From: an uncultured Gammaproteobacteria bacterium
Lineage (GTDB): Bacteria; Patescibacteriota; Microgenomatia; Levybacterales; UBA12049
DNA: 62,758 bases
NCBI GenBank assembly: GCA_964544105.1
Contig: CAZIZQ010000001.1
Span: 1 to 62,758 of the forward strand
Reading direction: 5' to 3'
The translations under genes were made by a program, and so were the position numbers. Position 1 is the first letter of the stretch; each line of letters begins with the position of its first letter. Of this stretch, positions 18,655 to 27,668 are shown one piece after another. A model generated the notes under the pieces. It had not been told where the DNA came from, did not search any database, and saw only the letters and a program-made list of their open reading frames with translations.

Positions 18655-18748
18655 CATAAAGCTCTCATCAAGGAAACAAAAAGAGGGTAGCTTACCTGGC
18701 TACTTTTTTTGTGTTTTTATAGATTGGGTATATCTGCCAAAACTGCAA

Positions 18749-21700
18749 ATGCCAAAAAGCGACATACATAACAAAAAAAGACAAAATTGGGGAAGATCCT
18801 ACTCTCGTCTTCCGGTATTAGATCTTCTTGCTATGCAAAAAGAATCATACCAATGGTTTCAAGATGTTGCAATTGGCGAAATCCTTAAAGAAATTTCCCC
18901 AGTTGATGATTTTACAGAAAAAGCTTGGTCATTAAGTTTAGATGAATACCGTTTTGGTAAGCCGTCTACAACTCCGCAAGTTGCGTTAGCAAAAGGCACA
19001 ACATTTGATGTGCCTTTATATGTTAAGGCAACCTTAACTAACAAGAAAACCGAAAAAACCCAAACTCAAGAAGTTTTCCTTGGAGATATTCCTCAAATGA
19101 CAGAGCGGGCAACATTTATTGTTAATGGTATTGAAAGAGCTGTAGTTAATCAACTTGTTCGTTCACCGGGGGTATTTTTTACTGCTGTACCGGATGTAGT
19201 AACTGGTAAAACTTTGCATATGGCAGAAATACGCCCAACTCATGGGTCTTGGTTGGAATTTGTAACAACCAGACATGATACCATAACAGTCAAGATAGAC
19301 AGACGACGAAAGTTTTTAGTTTCTACATTTCTTCGAGCAATCGGCCTTTCCAGCAACGAACAAATCCAGGAAAAATTTAAAGCAGTAGAGGAATTAGACA
19401 AAAACGGATTTATCCGAAATACTCTTATGAAGGACGAAACAGCGAGCGAAACCGAAGGCTTAATTGAAATTTTTAGGAAAATGCACCCGGGAGAACCGGT
19501 TGTGTTGGAAAAAGTGCGGGAAAATTTTCGAGGACTCTTTTTTAACAATAGACGATACGATATTGGCAAAGTTGGTCGGTATAAAGTAAATAAGAAGCTT
19601 GGTGAAATTGCAGGTTTTGTTGGATCGCCGGAAACAGTATTAACAGTTAACGATATCATTGGTACAATTCAGTACCTTATTTCGCTTACCCAAGGAATAG
19701 GAAGTGTTGACGATATTGACAGTCTTGCAAATAGACGGGTCCGCCGGGTCGGCGAGTTGGTTGCCACAACTGCATTTCGTGTTGGTATGCTTCGACTCGA
19801 GCGCAGTATTAAAGAGAGAATGAGTCTTATCCAGCCGGAGATTCCTGTTGTTATCTCCAGTCTTATTAATGCACGTCCTATTATGGCTTCTATCAACGAA
19901 TTTTTCCGCACATCCCAGCTTTCCACAATCCTCGACCAGACAAATCCGCTTTCAGAAATAGATAATCTTAATCGTTTAACAGTTATGGGTACCGGCGGTA
20001 TTTCGAGAGAGCGTGCTTCATTCTCGATTCGAGATATTAATAGTTCTCAGTATAGTAGAATTTGTCCAATCAGATCTCCTGAAGGACCAAATATTGGTTT
20101 GGTTACTTATGTAGCTTCATATACTCGTGTTAATGAGTATGGGTTTCTTGAAGCACCGTATCGAAAAATCGAGAAGGAAAAACAAGGGAATAAAACAGTT
20201 ATTAAAGCAACAGATGAGATTGTTTATCTCGATGCCGAAGATGAGCGAAAGCACTATATTACTCATGCCATGGCAATATCTGAAGATAATATTATTGTTT
20301 CAAATCGGGTGCCAGCCCGTTTTAATGGGGAATTTTTAGAAGCAGATAAAGAAAAAATTGGTTATGTTGATATGACGCCACGTCAAGTTGTGGGAGCAGC
20401 CGCTTCTCTTATTCCTTTTGTGGCTCATGACGAAGCAAACAGAGCCTTAATGGGAACTCACATGCAATGCCAGGCAGTTCCACTTGTCCAGCCAGAAGCG
20501 CCAGTTGTTGGTACAGGGATGGAAAAAACAGTTTCCCAAGTGATGGGACGGGTAGTTTGTGCGCCATTTGATGGAAAAGTTATCTATGCAGATGGGACAA
20601 AATTGCAATTAGAAGGTCTTAAAGGTGAAAAAGCAGTATATGCAATCGATTCATTTAAGAGAACAGCCCAGGCAACTTCGTATACACAAAAAGCAGTGGT
20701 GTCAGCTGGAGAAAGAGTAAAGAAGGGTGATGTATTGATTGATGGGCCGGCTAGTGACAGCGGAGAGTTAGCGCTTGGGCAAAATTTACTTATTGCCTAT
20801 GCATCACTTGACGGTCTTGGCTACGAAGACGCAATTGTGATTTCCGATAGATTGGTAAAAGAAGATGTTCTTTCCTCTATTCACATTGAAAAATATGAAG
20901 CTTCGGTTGTTGAAACGAAGCTTGGCCCGGAAGAAACCACACAGGATATTCCTAATGTTTCGGAAGAAGATTTAGCAAATCTTGATGAAGATGGAATTGT
21001 GGTAGTGGGAAGCGAAGTCAGCCCAGGCGACATACTGGTTGGAAAGATTGCGCCAAAAGGCGAGACAGAACTAACAGCAGAAGAACGCCTGCTTCGGGCA
21101 ATTTTTGGAGAGCAGGCTCGGGAAGTACGAGACACCAGTCTTCGCATGCCACATGGTGAGAGGGGAACTATTATTAGTGTCCAAACTCTTGATCGAAAAC
21201 GGGGAGATGAGTTAGAGCCGGGAACAATTCGCAAGATTTTGGTTGAAGTTGCCCAATTTAGGCATGTGGTAGTTGGAGATAAGTTAGCCGGTCGACATGG
21301 TAACAAAGGGGTTATTTCAAAGATTTTGCCGACTTCCGATATGCCACATTTAGAAGATGGAACGGCAGTTGATATTGTTATTTCCCCAATTTCAGTGTTA
21401 GCTCGTATGAACCTTGGACAATTGTTGGAGGCTCATCTTGGTTGGGCAGCTCGAGCTTTGGGTGAAAAGGTTGCCACTCCGGTGTTTGAAAACATTAGCG
21501 AAGAAAAGATTGTAGAAATTCTTAAAAGAGCAGGATTGCCGATAAATGGAAAAACAACACTTTATGACGGTCGAACAGGAAAAGCCTACGAAAACCCGGT
21601 GGTAGTTGGTATCGAATATATTATGAAACTTATTCACATGGTTGAAGATAAGACTCATGCCCGGTCAACTGGTCCATACTCTTTAGTTACCCAGCAGCCC

Positions 21701-22084
21701 TTGGGTGGAAAAGCTCAAATGGGAGGCCAGAGACTTGGAGAAATGGAAGTTTGGGCACTAGAGGCACATCGAGCACGCTACATTTTACAGGAAATGTTAA
21801 CCATTAAATCTGATGATATCGTTGGTCGAGCCAAGGCATTTGAGGCAATTGTTAAAGGTATCGATATTCCAACACCAAAAGTGCCTGAGTCGTTTAAGGT
21901 ACTTATAAAAGAATTACAGGCATTGGCATTAAATGTTATACCGGTCGGCGCGTTAACTACACAAGTATTGCCAGTTGAGGGAGAAAAAGTGGAAACTGAA
22001 GCTAAAGAATTACAAGTTACGCTTGGAGGAGAAGAAGTGGTAGGAATAAATCCAAGCACAGGTATGCATGAGGAGAAAATATGA
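18749..22084 (+). CDS. rpoB: DNA-directed RNA polymerase subunit beta
   Basis: 1111 aa with canonical beta blocks (FIVNGIERAVVNQLVRSPG, GRHGNKGVISKI, GGQRLGEMEVWALEA). Confidence 0.98.
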   Translation: MPKSDIHNKKRQNWGRSYSRLPVLDLLAMQKESYQWFQDVAIGEILKEISPVDDFTEKAWSLSLDEYRFGKPSTTPQVALAKGTTFDVPLYVKATLTNKKTEKTQTQEVFLGDIPQMTERATFIVNGIERAVVNQLVRSPGVFFTAVPDVVTGKTLHMAEIRPTHGSWLEFVTTRHDTITVKIDRRRKFLVSTFLRAIGLSSNEQIQEKFKAVEELDKNGFIRNTLMKDETASETEGLIEIFRKMHPGEPVVLEKVRENFRGLFFNNRRYDIGKVGRYKVNKKLGEIAGFVGSPETVLTVNDIIGTIQYLISLTQGIGSVDDIDSLANRRVRRVGELVATTAFRVGMLRLERSIKERMSLIQPEIPVVISSLINARPIMASINEFFRTSQLSTILDQTNPLSEIDNLNRLTVMGTGGISRERASFSIRDINSSQYSRICPIRSPEGPNIGLVTYVASYTRVNEYGFLEAPYRKIEKEKQGNKTVIKATDEIVYLDAEDERKHYITHAMAISEDNIIVSNRVPARFNGEFLEADKEKIGYVDMTPRQVVGAAASLIPFVAHDEANRALMGTHMQCQAVPLVQPEAPVVGTGMEKTVSQVMGRVVCAPFDGKVIYADGTKLQLEGLKGEKAVYAIDSFKRTAQATSYTQKAVVSAGERVKKGDVLIDGPASDSGELALGQNLLIAYASLDGLGYEDAIVISDRLVKEDVLSSIHIEKYEASVVETKLGPEETTQDIPNVSEEDLANLDEDGIVVVGSEVSPGDILVGKIAPKGETELTAEERLLRAIFGEQAREVRDTSLRMPHGERGTIISVQTLDRKRGDELEPGTIRKILVEVAQFRHVVVGDKLAGRHGNKGVISKILPTSDMPHLEDGTAVDIVISPISVLARMNLGQLLEAHLGWAARALGEKVATPVFENISEEKIVEILKRAGLPINGKTTLYDGRTGKAYENPVVVGIEYIMKLIHMVEDKTHARSTGPYSLVTQQPLGGKAQMGGQRLGEMEVWALEAHRARYILQEMLTIKSDDIVGRAKAFEAIVKGIDIPTPKVPESFKVLIKELQALALNVIPVGALTTQVLPVEGEKVETEAKELQVTLGGEEVVGINPSTGMHEEKI

Positions 22085-25000
22085 TAGAGAAAAGACCAAA
22101 AGATCAAACAATTATTGATTTTAAATCATTAAAGATTTTATTAGCAGATCATAAAGATATTACTTCATGGTCGTATGGTGAGGTAACCAAGCCCGAAACA
22201 ATTAACTATCGAACTCTCCGGCCGGAAAAGGACGGTTTGTTTGATGAGAGAATTTTTGGACCCACAAAAGACTGGGAATGTTATTGTGGAAAATACAAGA
22301 GAATCCGCTACAAGGGCATTATTTGTGATAAATGTGGTGTTGAAGTTACTCTCTCGAGAGTGAGACGCGAACGCATGGGACATATTACACTTGCATGCCC
22401 AGTTGGTCATGTATGGTTTTTCAAAGGGCCTTCTTCTCCTTTGGCATTGATATTGGATATCCCACAAAAAAGTCTTGAATCAGTTATTTACTATGCTTCG
22501 CATCTAGTTATTGCTATTGATGATAGGAAAAAGGAAGAGGCAATTAAGAAGTTTACAGAAACAATAGAAGAAAGACGGGAAAAGCTTAAAAAAGATATTG
22601 AGGTCGAGCAAAAGAATATGGAGCAGGACCTTGACGATAAGAAAAAAGAGGCCAAAGACCGAAAATCCACACAGGAACAAAAAGACCTTATTGTATCAGA
22701 AATAGAGCTTCTTAAGAGGCAAAAAGTGACAGCTTTAGAAAAACGATTCGAAGAAGAAAGCAGTAAATTAACCGAGCTTGCCGATGCGCTATTACGTCTT
22801 TTGAAGAGTCTTAAGGTTGGTAGTGTTATTTCTGAAGAAGAATACTTCAAGCTTATTGAATACGATATTTCAATTTTCTTCACCATGCAAACAGGTGCAG
22901 AAGGTTTACATGCTCTTTTAGACAAGCTTGATCTTTCGGCACTTATTGTAAACCTTCGGGAAGAAGCAGAAAAATCATCTGGCGCCCGGTATCTAAAGGT
23001 TATTAAGCGACTTCGTCTTATAGAGGCAATGAGAAAAGCAAGTATTTCGCCGTCCGCGATGATTATGATTGCCCTGCCTGTTATCCCGTCAGACCTTCGT
23101 CCGATGGTTCAGTTGGTGGGTGGTCGGTTTGCTACCTCTGATTTGAATGATTTGTACAGAAGAATTATTAACCGAAATTCAAGGTTGAAGCATCTAATGC
23201 AGCTTGGTGCGCCAGAGATAATTCTTCGAAACGAAAAACGAATGCTTCAGGAAGCAGTTGATTCACTCATTGATGCATCACAACGAAACCAGGTCGTGTC
23301 GGCTCCTCTTCGATCCCTTTCTGATATGTTGCGAGGAAAGCAAGGACGATTTAGACAGAATTTGTTGGGAAAACGTGTTGATTACTCTGGACGCTCTGTT
23401 ATTGTAGTTGGTCCACAGCTTAAGCTTACCCAATGTGGCTTACCAAAAGAAATGGCCTTGGAAATGTTTAAACCATTTGTGCTTAGAGAAGTAATAACTA
23501 GAGGTTTAGCGCCAAATATAAAATCAGCAAAGCGATTTATCGAAAAGCGCCCACCAGAGGTATTTGATATTTTGGAAGAAATTACTAAGAATCATCCGGT
23601 ACTACTTAACCGGGCACCTACACTGCACAAACTTGGTATCCAAGCATTCTATCCGGTATTAATTGAAGGAGCAGCAATTCAGCTTCATCCTTGTGTCTGT
23701 GCAGGTTACAATGCAGATTTTGACGGCGACCAGATGGCTGTTCATATTCCGCTTTCTCAAAAAGCACAAGAAGAAGCAGTACGATTGATGATGCCAAGTC
23801 ACAATTTATTAAAACCGGCAGATGGTAGTCCAATAACGCTGCCAAATAAAGAAATGGCGGTTGGCATTTTTTACCTTACCTCGGTAGACGAACAAGCACG
23901 AAAAGAAGTACTGCCGTCATTTGCCAGTATTAACGAGGCAATGTTGGCATACTCACTAGAAAAGGTAAAACTTCGTGAACCAGTAAATGTCAAAATCGAA
24001 GATAAGAGCGAACAAGTTATAGAGACAACTGTTGGAAGAATTATGTTTAACGAGCGTCTTCCAAAGAGTATGGATTATGTCAATGAAGCAGTAAAAGCAT
24101 CAGGAATCAATAAATTAATTAGAAAAGCTATTGGTAAATATACTTCAGAGGAAACAACAGAAATTATTGATGCTATTAAAAACCTTGGGTTTATTGCTTC
24201 AACACTATCCGGTATTTCTGTATCTGTATTTGATAACCATATGGTGCCGGAAAAAGATGCGCTTATTGAGGCATCAGAGAAGAAAATTACTGCTATTGAA
24301 GATGAATATCAAAAGGGGCTTATTACTATTGATGAGAAAAAGAGACTTTCAAACGATGTATGGTTAAAGACAACCGATCATATTGCAGATTTGACATGGA
24401 ATAATTTGAAATCGACCAACGTGATTAAAACCATTATCGATTCCGAAGGTGCTCGTGCAGGGAAAGAGCAGCTGAAGCAGCTTTCGGCAATGAGAGGGTT
24501 AATTCTTGATCCGCTTGGTAAAATCGTTGAATTGCCAATTAAATCTAATTTCCGTGAAGGTCTGTCTATTTTTGAATACGTTGCATCAGCCCGTGGTTCT
24601 AGAAAAGGTCTTACCGATTCAGCACTCAAAACAGCCAATGCAGGATACTTAACTAGACGGTTAGTTGATGTAGCTCACGATGTGATTATTAGTCAAGAAG
24701 ATTGTGGCGCTACAGAGGGAATTGTGGTAGCAGAAACAGACCGTCGTGTAGCGCCATTCACGAATAGAATTATTGGTAGGGTAACAGCGCAAAAAGTTGT
24801 TTCAAAGAAAACTAAAAAGACAATTCTTGAAGCAAACGAAGAAATTACCGAAGAAAAAGCAGCAAGTTTGGTTGAAAACGATGTTTTGGAAATTCAGGTG
24901 CGCTCTCCTTTATATTGCAAATTGTCTTATGGTATTTGTGCGCTTTGTTATGGTTGGGATTTTGCCACCCGAACAAAAGTACATCTTGGTGTTCCAGTAG

Positions 25001-25794
25001 GAGTTGTAGCAGCTCAATCAATCGGTGAGCCTGGTACACAGCTTACCATGCGTGTTCGTCATTTTGGTGGTGTTGTTATGTCTGATGTTACTCAAGGTTT
25101 GCCACGTGTCGAAGAGCTTTTCGAAATGCGAACACCCAAGAATTTCTCTCCAATTGCAGAAATTGGTGGAAAAGTTACGATCGAAACATCAGATGATGGT
25201 CATGTCATTCGTGTTCGCAATACACGAATGAAGCCGGTTGAGGAGCGTGAGTATTTCGTGCCCTTAGCAGCCAACCTGTTGGTTACCGATGAGGATGAAG
25301 TTGTATCTGGTACCCAGTTTGCTCAAGGATATTTAGATCCAAAAGAAGTATTAAAGGTAAAAGGACTTATTGCAGCTCAAAGGCACATTATTGAGGAAGC
25401 ACAAAAAGTATACGAGTCTCAAGGTATCACCATTAACGATAAACATTTCGAAGTTACACTTAGAAAGATGTCCGATAAAATTATTATCGAAACTGTTGGA
25501 GATACAGCCTTTGTCCCAGGTGACTTTGTTACAAAGACCAAGTTTGAAGAAGTAAATACCGAAATGATTGCCCAGGGTGGAGAGCCGGCAACAGGACGAC
25601 AAATGGTCTTGGGCGTTACCAAAGCATCGTTATTCTCCGACTCATGGCTTTCGGCAGCATCATTTCAAGAAACAACAAAAGTACTTACCGAAGCAGCACT
25701 TGAAGGACGAGAAGATTATCTTGTTGGACTTAAGGAGAATGTTATCATCGGTCGTCTTATCCCAGTTGAAGGCGCAGCGCCGGTTGAAGTATAA
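22081..25794 (+). CDS. rpoC: DNA-directed RNA polymerase subunit beta'
   Basis: 1237 aa. Has the zinc motif CYCGKY..CDKCG and NADFDGDQMAVH. Its start overlaps the rpoB stop in an ATGA. Confidence 0.98.
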   Translation: MIEKRPKDQTIIDFKSLKILLADHKDITSWSYGEVTKPETINYRTLRPEKDGLFDERIFGPTKDWECYCGKYKRIRYKGIICDKCGVEVTLSRVRRERMGHITLACPVGHVWFFKGPSSPLALILDIPQKSLESVIYYASHLVIAIDDRKKEEAIKKFTETIEERREKLKKDIEVEQKNMEQDLDDKKKEAKDRKSTQEQKDLIVSEIELLKRQKVTALEKRFEEESSKLTELADALLRLLKSLKVGSVISEEEYFKLIEYDISIFFTMQTGAEGLHALLDKLDLSALIVNLREEAEKSSGARYLKVIKRLRLIEAMRKASISPSAMIMIALPVIPSDLRPMVQLVGGRFATSDLNDLYRRIINRNSRLKHLMQLGAPEIILRNEKRMLQEAVDSLIDASQRNQVVSAPLRSLSDMLRGKQGRFRQNLLGKRVDYSGRSVIVVGPQLKLTQCGLPKEMALEMFKPFVLREVITRGLAPNIKSAKRFIEKRPPEVFDILEEITKNHPVLLNRAPTLHKLGIQAFYPVLIEGAAIQLHPCVCAGYNADFDGDQMAVHIPLSQKAQEEAVRLMMPSHNLLKPADGSPITLPNKEMAVGIFYLTSVDEQARKEVLPSFASINEAMLAYSLEKVKLREPVNVKIEDKSEQVIETTVGRIMFNERLPKSMDYVNEAVKASGINKLIRKAIGKYTSEETTEIIDAIKNLGFIASTLSGISVSVFDNHMVPEKDALIEASEKKITAIEDEYQKGLITIDEKKRLSNDVWLKTTDHIADLTWNNLKSTNVIKTIIDSEGARAGKEQLKQLSAMRGLILDPLGKIVELPIKSNFREGLSIFEYVASARGSRKGLTDSALKTANAGYLTRRLVDVAHDVIISQEDCGATEGIVVAETDRRVAPFTNRIIGRVTAQKVVSKKTKKTILEANEEITEEKAASLVENDVLEIQVRSPLYCKLSYGICALCYGWDFATRTKVHLGVPVGVVAAQSIGEPGTQLTMRVRHFGGVVMSDVTQGLPRVEELFEMRTPKNFSPIAEIGGKVTIETSDDGHVIRVRNTRMKPVEEREYFVPLAANLLVTDEDEVVSGTQFAQGYLDPKEVLKVKGLIAAQRHIIEEAQKVYESQGITINDKHFEVTLRKMSDKIIIETVGDTAFVPGDFVTKTKFEEVNTEMIAQGGEPATGRQMVLGVTKASLFSDSWLSAASFQETTKVLTEAALEGREDYLVGLKENVIIGRLIPVEGAAPVEV

Positions 25795-25797
25795 TAT

Positions 25798-25890
25798 GCA
25801 AACTCAAAGCTCAAATGTCAAAGTTCAAAACTATAACTTAAAACTTAAAACTTTTAGTTTTGACTTTTGAGTTTTGCGTTTTGAGATTTT
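25798..25890. repeat. Heptamer-built palindromic element, copy E2
   Basis: Fills the rpoC-rpsL spacer. Register: ctcaaag ctcaaat gtcaaag ttcaaaa ctataac ttaaaac ttaaaac / ttttag ttttgac ttttgag ttttgcg ttttgag. Confidence 0.85.
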
Positions 25891-25893
25891 ATT

Positions 25894-26367
25894 ATGCCTA
25901 CATTAATGCAGCTTACAAAAAAAGGAAGAAAGAAAAAGGTAAAAAAGACACGTTCAACTGCTTTGCGGCGTTTGTACAATGCCAAAGAGCGAAAGTATAC
26001 TAACGAACTTTCACCGCAAAAACGAGGGGTAGTAACTTTGGTTAAGACCATGACGCCAAAAAAGCCAAATTCAGCTCTTAGAAAAGTGGCTCGTGTAAAA
26101 TTATCTAACAGAATGGAAGTTACAGCCTATATTCAGGGTGTTGGACATTCTCTATCCGAGCATGGTATTGTGGTTGTTAGAGGCGGACGTGTCAAAGATT
26201 TGCCAGGTGTAAAATACCATATTATCAGAGGTAAATACGATTTGTTAGGCGTTGACGGACGAAAGACATCCAGAAGTAAATATGGTACCAAGAAAGGTTT
26301 GGGTGGTGCGCCTGCTGCGCCGTCTGCGCAAGCAAAAGCGGCTCCAGCAGCGCCCGCAGCAGCATAG
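25894..26367 (+). CDS. rpsL: 30S ribosomal protein S12 with an Ala/Pro-rich C-terminal tail
   Basis: S12 core ([29 protein letters not shown]) plus a ~20-aa tail [21 protein letters not shown]. Confidence 0.95.
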   Translation: MPTLMQLTKKGRKKKVKKTRSTALRRLYNAKERKYTNELSPQKRGVVTLVKTMTPKKPNSALRKVARVKLSNRMEVTAYIQGVGHSLSEHGIVVVRGGRVKDLPGVKYHIIRGKYDLLGVDGRKTSRSKYGTKKGLGGAPAAPSAQAKAAPAAPAAA

Positions 26368-26370
26368 TAT

Positions 26371-26844
26371 ATGAGACATAAAAAAACAGCAAAAAGAGAA
26401 ACATTGCCAGATCCGATATATAAAAATAAGCTTGTAACTAAGTTTATTAATCATGTCATGATTGCCGGTAAAAAGACAGTTGCCGAAAAAATGTTTTATG
26501 CTGCTTTTGTAGCAATCGAAGCAAAGGGCCAAAAACCGCTTGAGGTTTTTGAAAAAGCAATCCAGACTGTTGGGCCAAAAGTGGAAGTGCGGGCAAGACG
26601 AGTTGGTGGGGCAAATTACCAGGTTCCGGCAGAAGTACGGGGGGAGCGAAAAGTATCATTGGCAATCCGTTGGATTTTAGACGCGGCAAAAGCGCGGCCA
26701 AGTAAGGAATACCATAGTTTTGCCAACAAATTAGCAGCAGAACTGCTTGACGCAGTGCAAAACCAGGGAGCAGCCATTAAAAAAAGAGACACCGTTCATC
26801 GTATGGCAGATGCCAACAAAGCCTTCGCCCACTTTAGGTGGTAA
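26371..26844 (+). CDS. rpsG: 30S ribosomal protein S7
   Basis: S7 blocks (PDPIYKNKLVTKFIN, VEVRARRVGGANYQVP). Confidence 0.96.
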   Translation: MRHKKTAKRETLPDPIYKNKLVTKFINHVMIAGKKTVAEKMFYAAFVAIEAKGQKPLEVFEKAIQTVGPKVEVRARRVGGANYQVPAEVRGERKVSLAIRWILDAAKARPSKEYHSFANKLAAELLDAVQNQGAAIKKRDTVHRMADANKAFAHFRW

Positions 26845-26847
26845 AAA

Positions 26848-27507
26848 TTATTCTATAGTTATTCCGAGTATTTTGTCTCCGATTTCTATTTTTCCAACAA
26901 TATCCATTCCCTTTGTTACTATTCCAAAGTTAGTATATTGGCCATTAAGCCACGGCGACTCCTTTTTAGTTATAAAAAACTGGGCGTCGTTTTGGACTTT
27001 GCCGTCTCCCCGACTGGCCATACCGACCGATCCAACAATAAAAGGATTGTTATTAAATTCAACCGGCATGTTGCTGTTGCCACCTGTTCCATTGCCAAAC
27101 GGATCTCCACCTTGGATAACCCAATCTTCTACTCGATGAAAGGTAAGGTTGTTATAAAATCCGCTTTTTGCTTTGTTGACAAAATTGTAAACGGTATTAA
27201 TGGCATCCCGGGTATAAAAAGTCATGGTGATACTGCCTTTACTGGTTTTTACTACAGCACTTTTCGATGCCATTTCTTCTAAAAAAAGTTGTCCAAGCCT
27301 GGCGCTTTCAGAAGCCGGGTTTGCTGCTACAGATGCAGGTTGGTTAGGGGGTAGTTGTTGGGGTTGCACAGGCGCTGACGTTGGAGATGGCGAAAGGGGG
27401 ATAATTGTTGGAATAACAGTTGATTTTTGATCCTGTGAGTTTGCCATAAATAATATTCCTAACATGCCAAGCGCAACAATTGTGACAAAGAAAATAACCT
27501 TGCCCAT
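26848..27507 (-). CDS. Cyclophilin-type peptidyl-prolyl isomerase, membrane-anchored or secreted
   Basis: FHRVEDWVIQGGDP..GTGG core with an N-terminal hydrophobic anchor. The start was chosen at ATG 27507, because the longer ORF reads into repeat E3. Confidence 0.85.
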   Translation of the reverse strand: MGKVIFFVTIVALGMLGILFMANSQDQKSTVIPTIIPLSPSPTSAPVQPQQLPPNQPASVAANPASESARLGQLFLEEMASKSAVVKTSKGSITMTFYTRDAINTVYNFVNKAKSGFYNNLTFHRVEDWVIQGGDPFGNGTGGNSNMPVEFNNNPFIVGSVGMASRGDGKVQNDAQFFITKKESPWLNGQYTNFGIVTKGMDIVGKIEIGDKILGITIE

Positions 27508-27551
27508 GCGGGAGATTGTAGCACAAAAATTAAAAGTATGGTATACTGAAT

Positions 27552-27665
27552 AAAGCTCAAAGTTCAAATCGCAAAGCTCAAAGTTACAACTAAAAGCTCA
27601 AAGCTTATAAGTTTTTTAGTTTTGAACTGTAGTTTTGAGTTTTGACATTTGAGTTTTGAGTTTTT
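27552..27665. repeat. Heptamer-built palindromic element, copy E3
   Basis: The CAAA-type arm 27552-27610 is complementary to the TTTGAG-type arm 27611-27665. It ends 3 nt before the fusA ATG. Confidence 0.88.
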
Positions 27666-27668
27666 ATT

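Noticed and set aside
20881-21306. Long antisense ORFs inside rpoB, rpoC, fusA and tuf (for example 20881-21306, 22491-22925, 27902-28441, 34532-34822).
   Set aside because: They lie opposite highly conserved, confidently identified genes. Their products are low-complexity Ser/Arg/Pro-rich with no motifs. They are typical shadow ORFs.
25798-25890. Possibility that the heptamer arrays are CRISPR arrays.
   Set aside because: The units are 7 nt, directly abutting with no spacers, and arranged as inverted halves. No cas genes are nearby.
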